Origin: an uncultured Gemmatimonadales bacterium
GTDB taxonomy: Bacteria > Gemmatimonadota > Gemmatimonadetes > Gemmatimonadales > GWC2-71-9
Assembly (NCBI GenBank): GCA_963828735.1
Contig: CAWHFW010000005.1
Coordinates: forward strand, 480,001 to 544,000
Direction of reading: 5' to 3'
Length of the DNA: 64,000 bases
Position numbers and translations under genes: made by a program. This document shows positions 29,066 through 37,625 of this stretch, piece by piece (the stretch's first letter is position 1; each line of letters begins with the position of its first letter). The notes beneath the pieces are model-generated. The model did not search any database, was not told the origin of the DNA, and was given only the letters and a program-made list of their open reading frames with translations.

Positions 29066-29309
29066 AAACTGGACCACTAAACTTGGCCACGAACCGCAAA
29101 CTCAATGCGCCGCGTAGGAATCGAACCTACAACCTAGTGATTAAGAGGCCATTGCCAGGGGTGCGCGGTCGTCCGTATCGCGCACGTCACACCCCTGCTA
29201 ACCCGTGCGGGTGACGACACTTCACGTCACTTCGCGCACCTCGGGTCCTGTTGTCACCTCTCTAGGTTTCGTAGCCATTGGCCCGAGAATGGCCACGAAA
29301 TGGCCACGC
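29066..29309. promoter_or_regulatory. integrase arm-type-like direct repeats flanking the att core
   Basis: AAACTGGACCACT/AAACTTGGCCACG (29066-29091) and AATGGCCACGA/AATGGCCACGC (29288-29309); TGGCCACGAA occurs on both sides. Confidence 0.5.
29106..29147 (-). repeat. att site: displaced 3' fragment of tRNA-Lys(CTT)
   Basis: 42 bp identical to 37626-37667 (anticodon loop through discriminator). Confidence 0.95.
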
Positions 29310-29517
29310 GCTGAGGGGGCGAGTGGGCGGTCGGCCCCGGGCTCCATCTCCGGTCGAATCGGGCTGACATGCGGCTCGCCAAAGGGGCACCACGTGAAGC
29401 CGTCCATGCGGGCTTACTCCTGAGCGGGGGTGAGCGGTAGACTACGCCCGCGCCCTCAACCGACCCTCAACACTGGCTCGGATCAGACCCCACCACACAC
29501 GCATAGGTGCCCGGCTC

Positions 29518-29955
29518 ATGAGCATCAGGAAGAAGCAGGCTTGCGTGGACTGCCACTTCTTCGTCAAGCAGGCCGCGCCGCTCCCCTCGCCGCAGGTCTA
29601 CGTATCGCTCGTGACTCGGGAGGAGCGACAACAGGCGAAGGCTGGCGACTACGCGTGGAGTAATCACTACTCCCTCGGATGCCACATGCTAGTGTGGGAT
29701 GAGGGGCATCAGTTTGATGCGACGCGGAAGCACGCTGCCGTTGTCGTGGCCGACCGCCGCAAGTTCTGTTTCTTCTGGGAATTTCGGCCAGGGATGATGC
29801 TCCCCGCCGCCCGCACGCTACAAGAGCGTGAAGCGGCCGACAGCAGGGCAGCGCGTAACCGTACCCTGACCACCATCGGGCTTTGGATTGCTGCGCTCGC
29901 CCTCGTGGCTGACGTGATTGTCGGGCTCATGCAGCGATGCTCGCTCGGTCGCTAG
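29518..29955 (+). CDS. hypothetical Cys-rich protein with C-terminal TM anchor
   Basis: CVDCH, LGCH, CFFW; C-terminal IGLWIAALALVADVIVGL; protein-like composition unlike shadow ORFs. Confidence 0.6.
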   Translation: MSIRKKQACVDCHFFVKQAAPLPSPQVYVSLVTREERQQAKAGDYAWSNHYSLGCHMLVWDEGHQFDATRKHAAVVVADRRKFCFFWEFRPGMMLPAARTLQEREAADSRAARNRTLTTIGLWIAALALVADVIVGLMQRCSLGR

Positions 29956-30060
29956 ATTTCATCGCAGACCCGATAAATCTGCCCGCTGCGCCGTCGCGGG
30001 CCCGAGGGGGGACGGACCACGCGGCCCGACCCGTTCGGGCCGCAGCGTGGCGTTTAGCGC

Positions 30061-30232
30061 GTCGTCGCGGGTCCCATTTTTTTCCGAACGGAGGTCCGAG
30101 TGCATCGGCAGGTGTGGGCACATGAGCATCGGTCCGGCTGCCTCGGTGGACCGATGCACCACGAGACCGAGGGCGACTACCGCGCAGGGACACCTTCGTC
30201 CCGAAGCCGTAACTTGTCGTCTGTTCCACCAT
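30061..30232 (-). pseudogene. relics of DUF302-like and heavy-metal-binding (YTCPMHP-type) genes
   Basis: strong RBS then MVEQTTSYGFGTKVSL, which breaks off; downstream HTC-(P)-MHSDLRSEKNGT with a 1-nt deletion. Confidence 0.35.
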
Positions 30233-30287
30233 CGCTCCCTCCCTAGCAGAACCCGCCTGGCTCCGGAAAGCCTCATTTACCTCCGTG

Positions 30288-30827
30288 TCACTCCGTCGTG
30301 AACGGGAAGAGCATGCCGTACGAGCCGTTGCTCCCCTTCCAACCACCCCCCATGCCGCTCATGGGCATACCAGCGTGAGAGCCGCCCATCATGCCTGGCA
30401 TGAGCCATTGGCCGCCATCCTGGCCCATATGGGTCTGCAGGTCGATAGGGTGCCCGTCGGCGTCCATCATTCCGCCACCCATATGGAACGTGTACGCCGT
30501 ATTCGGGTCGAGCGGCTGCATCGGGAGGCACGTGACGGTCTGACGGTCGGTGGACCACGTGCACGTGATCGGCACGAGTGGACCGCTGGCGTCACCCCGG
30601 TGAAGGTCGAGGTACTGCTCCATGCCGGTCTGCATCGGCCCGCTGAAGGTCAGGTTCATCGGACCTGTCGTGGAGACCCCCGTCGATCCTCCCGCCGGCG
30701 CCACGCTGAGAAGCGCGGTGGTGCTCGGGGTCGGGGTCGGGGTAGGTGCGGTGGCGTCGCTTCCCCCACACGCTGTTGCCACGAGCGCGCCGATCATCGT
30801 CCAACCCAGTCGCATACGTCGATTCAT
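30288..30827 (-). CDS. Ig-like (Big_5) lipoprotein with Met/Gly-rich tail, likely copper binding
   Basis: lipobox ATAC; LSVAPAGGSTGVS...LTFSGPM, LDPNTAYT; MPGMMGGSHAGMPMSGMGGG. Confidence 0.75.
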   Translation of the reverse strand: MNRRMRLGWTMIGALVATACGGSDATAPTPTPTPSTTALLSVAPAGGSTGVSTTGPMNLTFSGPMQTGMEQYLDLHRGDASGPLVPITCTWSTDRQTVTCLPMQPLDPNTAYTFHMGGGMMDADGHPIDLQTHMGQDGGQWLMPGMMGGSHAGMPMSGMGGGWKGSNGSYGMLFPFTTE

Positions 30828-31008
30828 AGAGATCTACCTGCGGCCTAGCCCCAAGAAGCGGGCGCCGCAATGTGTTGTCCTGCGATCACTGCTCGGTGCC
30901 TCCGCTTCCTATCATACGGTTCGTGCCCGAAGGGTACGTGAGGCCTTCATGAAAAGACCTTCAGGGCGTAACCCCGATCAGCAGGTCCCTGACCCGTGCT
31001 CTTCCATC

Positions 31009-33094
31009 TCAGACTGCGGACCGCCGCAGCAGCTGCGCGTTCAGCGCTACGATGACGGTGCTCAGCGACATCAGCACGGCCCCGACGGCGGGCGAAAGCA
31101 GGATGCCCTGGCGGGCGAGTACGCCGGCCGCGAGCGGGATGGCCACCACGTTGTAGCCGGCCGCCCACCACAGGTTCTGCACCATCTTCCGGTACGAGGC
31201 CCGGCTGAGCCGGATGATGCGCGGCACATCGCGGGGGTCGCTTCGCACCAGCACGATGTCGCCCGCTTCGACCGCGACGTCGGTGCCCGCCCGATCGCGA
31301 TGCCCACGTCGGCGGAAACCAGGGCCGGGGCGTCGTTCACTCCGTCGCCCACCATGCCGACTCGCTTCCCCGGCTCGCTGGAGCTCCTGGATCTTCCCGA
31401 CCTTGTCCTGCGGCAGCACTTCCGCGAACACGGTGTCGATGCCCAGCTCCGAGGCCACGGCCTCGGCGACCGGGCGAGCGTCACCGGTCAGCATGACGAC
31501 CTTGATGTGCTGAGCGTGCAACTCGCTGCACGGCGGCCCTGGATTCGGGTCGCACCACGTCGGCCACGGTGAACATGGCGAGTGCCTCGACGCCCGGCCC
31601 GGTGCGGACCTCTTCGACCAGGAAGACGGCCGTCTGGCCGCGGCCGGCCGCCAGGTCGGCCGCTCTGCGCAAGGGATCGGGAACGGCGACGGAGCGCGCC
31701 TTGAGAAGCGCGGGGCCGCCCATCAGCGAGCGACCGCCCCTCGACTCCGGCGCTCACGCCGACGCCCGGAATCGCCCGAAATCCCTCCGCCGCGGGGAAC
31801 GTGGATCCCGCGCTGCCGGGCGCGATCGGACAATCGCCCTGGGCGATGGTATGCTCGGAGTCCTGTTCGACCGCCGCCGCCAACCGCAACGCCTCTACGT
31901 CGGTGAAGCCGCCCGCGGTCGCGATGCCGACCACGCCGAATCTCGCCGCGCGTGAGCGTCCCGGTCTTGTCGAAGACGACTGGTCGTCAGGTTCCGCGCC
32001 TCCTCGAGGCCGCGTCGGTCGCGCACCAGGAGCCCACCCCTCGCGCCGAGCGTCGTCGAGATCGCGATGACCAGCGGCACGGCCAGCCCAAGCGCGTGCG
32101 GGCACGCGATCACCAGCACGGTGACCAGTCGCTCGACGGCGAACGCGGGATCGCCGCCGGACCGCCATCCACACCACGAACGTCACCGCGCCCGCAACGA
32201 CGGCCGACGATGGTGAGCCAGAACGCCGCGCGGTCGGCCAGGGCCTGGGCTCGCGACCTGGACGTCTGCGCCTGCTCGACCAGCCGCATGATCCCGGCGA
32301 GCGCGGTCTGCTCGCCGGTGCCGGTGACCTGCACGCGCAGCGATCCCGGCTCCATTGACCGTTCCGGCGATCACCTGGTGCGCCCTCGATCTTCTTCACC
32401 GGCGTCGATTCGCCGGTGATCATCGACTCGTTGACCTCGCTCGAGCCCTCGCGTGACGGTACCGTCGGCCGGAACGCCCGCGCCCGGACGAACCAGCACC
32501 AGGTCCCCTGTACGGAGAGCGCTGATGGGCACCTCCTCGACCTCGCCGCCGTGCACGCGGAGCGCGGTGTTCGGCAGCAGCCTGGCCAGCTCTCGCAGCG
32601 CGCCCTGGGCCTGGGAGATCGAGCGCATCTCGATCCAGTGCCCCAGGAGCATGATCGTTACCAGCGTCGCCAGCTCCTCCCACAGCGGCATTCCGGGGTA
32701 GCCGAGCGTGACGGCCGCGCTGAACACGAACGCCACCGAGATCGCCAGGGCGATGAGCGTCATCATGCCGGGCAGCCGGTCGCGCAGCTCTCGCCACGCA
32801 CCCTGGAGGAAGACCAGTCCGCCGTACAGGAACACCGCCGTGCCGAACACGGGAGCGATCCACTGAGAGCCGGGCACATGCGGCGGGGCGTACTTCGAGC
32901 ACCCGTGGAAGCATGTGACCCCAGACGAGCGTCGGCACCGTGAGCGACAGCGAGATCCAGAACTTGTCCCGGAACATCGCGACGCTATGGCCTGCGTGTT
33001 TGTCGTGGGCACCGTGTCCCGCGTGCTCGTCGGAACTGTCGTGGTGGACGTGACCGGGCCGGCCATGACTTGCGTGATGATTGTGCTCGTTCAT
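31009..33094 (-). pseudogene. copB: copper-translocating P1B-type ATPase (CopB-like), heavily frameshifted
   Basis: His-rich N-terminus, [58 protein letters not shown] scattered over many frames. Confidence 0.88.
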
Positions 33095-34581
33095 CGCAAC
33101 ACTCCGCTCTGTCTGTCCGCGTCCCGGTCCTCCGCATGCGCCCTCTGCAGCGTGCTCGGGCGCAACCGGACGTACACCGCGATCCCCGCCGGGGTGCGCG
33201 TGCCGTAACTCGTCTTCAGGGCCTCGGGAACGAAGTTGAGCGAGCCTCGAAGGCCCAGCCCGAGGCTCGCGCCGCCGTACTGCAGGACCTCTCGGACATA
33301 GCCCAGCACCAGCGCGGACACGTTGTAGCGTGATTGCGGGTCGGCGCTCGGGACCACCAGCTCCTCGGCGCTCTTCTGCACCCACTCGGCCCGGCCGAAG
33401 ACACTGTTGCGGTCGTCGAGCTGGGCGTTGCTCTCCAGGAGCAGACTGTGGTCGAAGCCGTGCCCGGGCTCACCGGGCACGGTGTGCTTGTTGGCCCCGT
33501 AGATCAGCGCGCTGGCCCAATCACCACCCCGGCCAGGGTGCCTGGTGTACAGCACCGAAGCCCCGAGCCGGTGCTGGTCTTCCTCAGGCTTGAGCAACTC
33601 GGGGCTCTTCAGGTATCCGTAGCTCGCGGCCAGGCTCCAGTGAGGGTCGGGGTTCACGGTCAGCCGCCCACCGTACGAGTCGAGCGCGCCGAAGTCGAAG
33701 TCGTAGCGGTCGTCGTCCGGCTCGCGGCCCTGGAACAGGGTGCCTTCGAGCTGCACCGTTCGCGTGAACACCCCGGCCGTGATGACGCCGAAGGTGATGT
33801 GGGTCGCGTCCTGCCAGTGGTGGCCCAGCGGCGCGAACGGATCGTTCTGCGCCGAGGGACGATGCATGTAGGCCACCGGGCCGATCGCGGGCTCGCCCAC
33901 CGGCGCGGCGAAGAGGGACACACCCACCGTCCGAGTCACCGGCACCTCGTAGCGGGCCGACAGCTCCATGAAGAGGTCGTGCGGATGCTGCCGGTCGACC
34001 AGGGGGGCGCCCTGATACGACTCACCCGTCTGCACGAGCAGCGGGTAGCCTCGAGCCCCCACAGTGAACGGCTCCGCGCTGAGCATGCCGTGCAGATGCA
34101 GCATCCCGGCACCGATCGGGTGCATCGCCATGAGCATCGCCCAGTTGGTGCTGCCGATCTGGTCGTCGCCACGTGGGCTGCCCTGATGGTCGTAGTACAT
34201 CCCCACCTCTCCGTGCAGCATCAACGTCCAGCCGTCCGGCATGAAGTGGTAGGCGCGCATGGGCGAGGCGTCCGGCAGCCACGAGGTGCCCGAGCCCATC
34301 CGGCTCATGGGAATCCCGAACGGCCGGGACGGCATCGCCGCCATGCCGGGCATTGGCCCCATACCAGCCATGTCACCCATCGCAGCCATCGAGTCGCGGC
34401 TCATGGCCGAGTCATGTGCCATCGGCCGGGCCGATGTGTCCGCGTGCTCGGGCGCGTGGGGATGCTCGTGCTCCTGGGCTCGAGCAACTTCTAGAGGCCA
34501 GAGCACCAGGCACGCCACCGCGAGTGCCGTCGCCGAATGGCGGAGCCGGACCGTGCTTCGAGCAGTCTCGAGGTCCAGCAT
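33091..34581 (-). CDS. secreted His/Met-rich protein, probable outer-membrane beta-barrel of heavy-metal operons
   Basis: AGGAGG RBS; signal peptide; HEHPH and MGDMAGMGPMPGM; GSGTSWLP, DRQHPHDLFMEL, HHWQDATHI; ATGA coupling to the ATPase. Confidence 0.8.
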   Translation of the reverse strand: MLDLETARSTVRLRHSATALAVACLVLWPLEVARAQEHEHPHAPEHADTSARPMAHDSAMSRDSMAAMGDMAGMGPMPGMAAMPSRPFGIPMSRMGSGTSWLPDASPMRAYHFMPDGWTLMLHGEVGMYYDHQGSPRGDDQIGSTNWAMLMAMHPIGAGMLHLHGMLSAEPFTVGARGYPLLVQTGESYQGAPLVDRQHPHDLFMELSARYEVPVTRTVGVSLFAAPVGEPAIGPVAYMHRPSAQNDPFAPLGHHWQDATHITFGVITAGVFTRTVQLEGTLFQGREPDDDRYDFDFGALDSYGGRLTVNPDPHWSLAASYGYLKSPELLKPEEDQHRLGASVLYTRHPGRGGDWASALIYGANKHTVPGEPGHGFDHSLLLESNAQLDDRNSVFGRAEWVQKSAEELVVPSADPQSRYNVSALVLGYVREVLQYGGASLGLGLRGSLNFVPEALKTSYGTRTPAGIAVYVRLRPSTLQRAHAEDRDADRQSGVLR

Positions 34582-34637
34582 TGAGATCCTCCTAGTCGCG
34601 ATGATCCTGGAGCCCTGCGGCTCCGCGCGCAAATGGA

Positions 34638-35093
34638 CTAGGCGATCGGTTGCGGGGGTCGAGTGTCTGGGGACGACGCGGTGGAGGAAAACGTGACGTC
34701 AGCCGACTCTAAGGTGACTCTGCGTCCAGGGAGCTGAACGAGTGCGGCCTTGGCCGGTGGAACGGCGGACAAGGTGAGACTGGTGCAAGCCACCATGCTC
34801 CGGCAGTCAGGGGCTGGACAGTGGTGGCATCCGCCACCCCGAGTGTCTAGCCAAACCGGAGGCGCGAGCACTCGGTCTGGCGCCACGGACACCGGCACAC
34901 TCTCGTGCCCGGTCATCAGGTGCGAGCGGCAGTGCGGCGAGCCGTTCACTCCCGCGATGGGACTGGCGATGCCCAGGAGGCCACACACCGTGAGGCTCAC
35001 CAGCAGCGCATCCTGCCACTTGCGCTTAACCACGGCGACGGTCGCACTGACGAGACAGGACGCCAGGACCAGAGTGATTACGACGTCCCGCAT
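34638..35093 (-). CDS. Cys/His-rich leader-type protein with Pro-rich RPP C-terminus (DUF2946/CutF-like architecture)
   Basis: hydrophobic N-terminus, HC, CHHC-x4-C-x5-C, ends SPDTRPPQPIA; start may be GTG 35033. Confidence 0.6.
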   Translation of the reverse strand: MRDVVITLVLASCLVSATVAVVKRKWQDALLVSLTVCGLLGIASPIAGVNGSPHCRSHLMTGHESVPVSVAPDRVLAPPVWLDTRGGGCHHCPAPDCRSMVACTSLTLSAVPPAKAALVQLPGRRVTLESADVTFSSTASSPDTRPPQPIA

Positions 35094-35106
35094 TAGCCGA
35101 TCCAAG

Positions 35107-35526
35107 TTATTTCGTGAGGACCAGGACCACGACCTCTTCGCCGAACGTCCCTTGTGCGCGCAGACGGCTGGGCTCTGCGGTGAACGGGACATCCCGCATG
35201 AAGGTGTCGGCCGCCTGATCGAAGGTGACTGTCGTGCTCCTCAGGGTCCACGTACCGGCAAGATTGGCGTCCAAGTTCTCGCCTCCTGCACCAACGCCTG
35301 GCACCAAGATGCGACCTGAGGTCGTGCCATCTGGCGCTAAGGTGATCGTGACACTCGCGCCCATCGCAAGTAAGTCGGTCGCGCCGCTGCCGCCGTCGAA
35401 GGTGAAGGTGGTCGCCTGGTAGGTACCAGCCACCTCATCCACGGTCGGATTGAAGCCATCGTCCCCGCAGCTGAGCAGGCTGAGCCATAGGGTGACAGCG
35501 CCAAGCTTCGAGACAACGCGAGGCAC
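35107..35526 (-). CDS. small lipoprotein (lipocalin-like beta fold suspected)
   Basis: GGAGGT RBS; lipobox LLSC; VAGTYQAT, ITLAPDGT, GTWTL. Confidence 0.7.
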   Translation of the reverse strand: MPRVVSKLGAVTLWLSLLSCGDDGFNPTVDEVAGTYQATTFTFDGGSGATDLLAMGASVTITLAPDGTTSGRILVPGVGAGGENLDANLAGTWTLRSTTVTFDQAADTFMRDVPFTAEPSRLRAQGTFGEEVVVLVLTK

Positions 35527-35649
35527 GGGTACACCTCCGCCAGGATGGGATGTGGATGTGGTGGTGCTGATCCGGCCGCGAAGGCTCGAAGCTCGCCCCA
35601 CAGTCGGCGCAGTCGCGCTCGAGCCACGCGGGCAGCGGGGCCGCACGAT

Positions 35650-35788
35650 CTGATGCCGTGAACCGAACTGTGTAGCGGCGTTACACAGTTGGTGGGCGCG
35701 GTTTCCGGGGCAGACCCTATCGCTTGAGTCCCTCCCGGTACCACCTGACGCCATGAGCCGAACTGTGTCACGGCGTGATACAGTTGGT
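35650..35788 (+). repeat. two 44-bp imperfect direct repeats, each with an 11-bp hairpin
   Basis: 35650-35693 and 35745-35788, 37/44 identical; stems AACTGTGTAGC-GGC-GTTACACAGTT and AACTGTGTCAC-GGC-GTGATACAGTT. Confidence 0.85.
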
Positions 35789-35881
35789 CCTTAGTCGGAG
35801 AGCGCTCCGCGAAACGAACTCCGCCGCACCCCAGAAGGAGTCGCACGGCGCAACAGCTCCCGGCGCTCAGGTCGCTGTCGC

Positions 35882-36079
35882 TCATGATGCCGGCCTCTCG
35901 CGGCTGGTCATGATGGCGGTCTGCAACGCCTGCACATAGGCCGTGAGCGTGACAAGCGCCGCCTGATACTCCGCGCCTAGGCCATCGGCCGTGGCCAGCT
36001 CCTCGGTGCGCCGCACGATGGTCAGCGCGTACTCCGCCGCGCGCAGGAGGTCTTCATCTTCGATCATCCGGCCACTCAT
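35882..36079 (-). CDS. small helical hypothetical protein
   Basis: GGAGG RBS; MSGRMIEDEDLLRAAEYAL... Confidence 0.55.
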   Translation of the reverse strand: MSGRMIEDEDLLRAAEYALTIVRRTEELATADGLGAEYQAALVTLTAYVQALQTAIMTSRERPAS

Positions 36080-36096
36080 GGTGAACCTCCGCCGCT

Positions 36097-36255
36097 TCAG
36101 CTCCGCCTGGCTTCCGCCGCTGCGCGGTATGCCCCCAGCTTGCGCCATCGCGGGTCGAGCGCGCGCACCTGGGCAGCCGTGAGCGTCTCGTGCTCGACGA
36201 GCGCCTCCGCCACCGCCTTCACCCACGGCCAGTGCGCGTCGAGGCGTCGGCGCAC
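36097..36255 (-). pseudogene. possible C-terminal remnant of an M41/FtsH-tail-like mobile-element protein
   Basis: RRLDAHWPWVKAVAEALVEHETLTAAQV resembles the FtsH protease C-terminal helix pattern; no N-terminus found. Confidence 0.3.
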
Positions 36256-36403
36256 TGGCGGTGGACGCGCTGTACGACGTGATGGTGCACTCGTGGGCGC
36301 CGCTTGCCACCCCGAATGCGGTGAAGGGACCATATCGGGCACGGCCCCTTCGCTACGCTGCGGGTGACAGAGTGGTGCGCTCCGGTGACAGTTGTCGCTG
36401 AGC

Positions 36404-37126
36404 TCAGGCTGTTAGCCCGAATACCGTCAGAACGATCAGCAGCGCGGCGGCCAATGCCACCAGCCCCGACAACCCCCAATAGAGCCGGCCCAGCCCCATA
36501 TACTTGGCTCGAACGACCCGCGCGAGGTTGTAGGCGATGATCACGACCTCTGCGTTGAGCTGCTCCATGCGGGCCTCGCCCCAGGCCTGCCGATACGCGT
36601 CGAGCTCGTAGCCGGCGATGCCCTCCCAATAGAGGATGCCGAGCAGTCCCGAACTCCCTTCATGGCCGTTGCGCAGCAGATGCGCGTACTGCAGTGGCCG
36701 GGGCCGCAGACAGTCCACCGCGTAGTACACGAAGAGGAACGTCAGTCCGCCGTACACCCCGATGAAGCCGATCAGCCAAGCTCTCGACGTCGGCGGCAGC
36801 TCGCCCAGCAGGTGCGAGCGCGAGACCACCAGGAACACGAAGGCGTTCAGCACGCTCATCACCACCAGCGCGTACCGGGCCCGGTGGTCGGCCAGCTCGA
36901 TCACGTGCCGCCCTTCGTCCACCAGCTCAGAAAGGATCCGAAAGCGCTCGAAGCTTTGCGGCGGCCGCCCCGCGTCGCGCCGCCGCTTCGCTTCCTGTTT
37001 CAGCCGCTTGCGAGCCTGCTTGGCGTGCTCGCCGGGCACCAGCTCGGGTCGCAGCGGTGCGCCGCCCAAGACGGCTTCCAGTCGCTCAGCGACCTCGGGC
37101 TCCGCGATACTATGGTGAGTTGCCAT
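36404..37126 (-). CDS. PycTM/DUF5706-like 3-TM membrane protein
   Basis: IELADHRA + TM, TM + CLRPR, GILYWEGIA, NLARVVRAKY + TM match the DUF5706 pattern (ADxKA...PR...LLFF..I...KY). Confidence 0.7.
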   Translation of the reverse strand: MATHHSIAEPEVAERLEAVLGGAPLRPELVPGEHAKQARKRLKQEAKRRRDAGRPPQSFERFRILSELVDEGRHVIELADHRARYALVVMSVLNAFVFLVVSRSHLLGELPPTSRAWLIGFIGVYGGLTFLFVYYAVDCLRPRPLQYAHLLRNGHEGSSGLLGILYWEGIAGYELDAYRQAWGEARMEQLNAEVVIIAYNLARVVRAKYMGLGRLYWGLSGLVALAAALLIVLTVFGLTA

Positions 37127-37155
37127 GACCCAACCCCGCGTGAAGGAGTTCCCCC

Positions 37156-37215
37156 ATTGTAGGTTAGCTCGGAGGCGATGAACCGGTGATGAAGCGCCCT
37201 TGAAGCGCCGTTCAT
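37156..37215 (-). promoter_or_regulatory. pho-box/OmpR-like 11-bp repeats plus -10 box
   Basis: minus strand CGGCGCTTCAA-GGGCGCTTCAT-CACCGGTTCAT, then 16 nt, then TACAAT (37161-37156). Confidence 0.55.
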
Positions 37216-37255
37216 ACCGGGCTCGGGAGCGCGATGGCTGCCGCCGCGGTCCGAG

Positions 37256-37297
37256 TTGCCCCTCGTGGGCTTGAACCAGGACTCTTCTGATCCAGAG
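37256..37297 (-). repeat. degenerate 3' half of tRNA-Gln(CTG), a second att-like scar
   Basis: minus strand CT-CTG-GA TCAGA AGAGT CCTGG TTCAAGC CCACG AGGGGCA A = anticodon loop, stem, T-arm (1 mismatch) and acceptor; no D-arm. Confidence 0.7.
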
Positions 37298-37560
37298 TGA
37301 CCGCTGTGCCCCCCGACTTCCGGCAACTTGCAGCCATTCACGCGAGATCATATCACCTGATGCCGGGCGTCGCGGGGTCTGATGCTGGACTTTTTTGAGT
37401 ATCTCTTCCCGGGAGCCAAGCAGTTCCCACGGGCAGACGACCTTGGCCAGGTAGCCCATCGGCTGCTCGCGGCGCTAAGGCCGATCATTTGGAGCACCAT
37501 TAATCAGCGTCTCGGCCAGGGAGACCCTGCTGGTGATCACACAGCGCCTCGAAGCACGCA

Positions 37561-37594
37561 CAAAACAAAACGGGTTGGCTCAAGCCAACCCGTT
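37561..37594 (-). terminator. terminator downstream of the tRNA cluster
   Basis: 12-bp stem AACGGGTTGGCT/AGCCAACCCGTT with a T-rich tail on the minus strand. Confidence 0.75.
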
Positions 37595-37625
37595 CTCTCG
37601 CACGCTATTCTGTATTGTGCTGTAG

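Noticed and set aside
29542..29556. CxxCH as a cytochrome c heme site
   Set aside because: No N-terminal export signal; more likely Zn binding.
30911..30964. TGAAGG repeats upstream of the Big_5 lipoprotein as a CopR-type box
   Set aside because: A -10 (TATGAT) is plausible, but the 14-bp repeat spacing does not fit OmpR-family 10-11 bp periodicity.
35650..35788. Repeats as a CRISPR array or integron attC sites
   Set aside because: Only two divergent units and no cas genes; the hairpin is too short and lacks proper RYYYAAC/GTTRRRY boxes for attC. Kept only as an unexplained repeat.
36404..37459. Complete Pycsar defence system
   Set aside because: No nucleotide cyclase gene adjacent; the ORF extension upstream of 37126 overlaps the promoter and att relic and is not coding.
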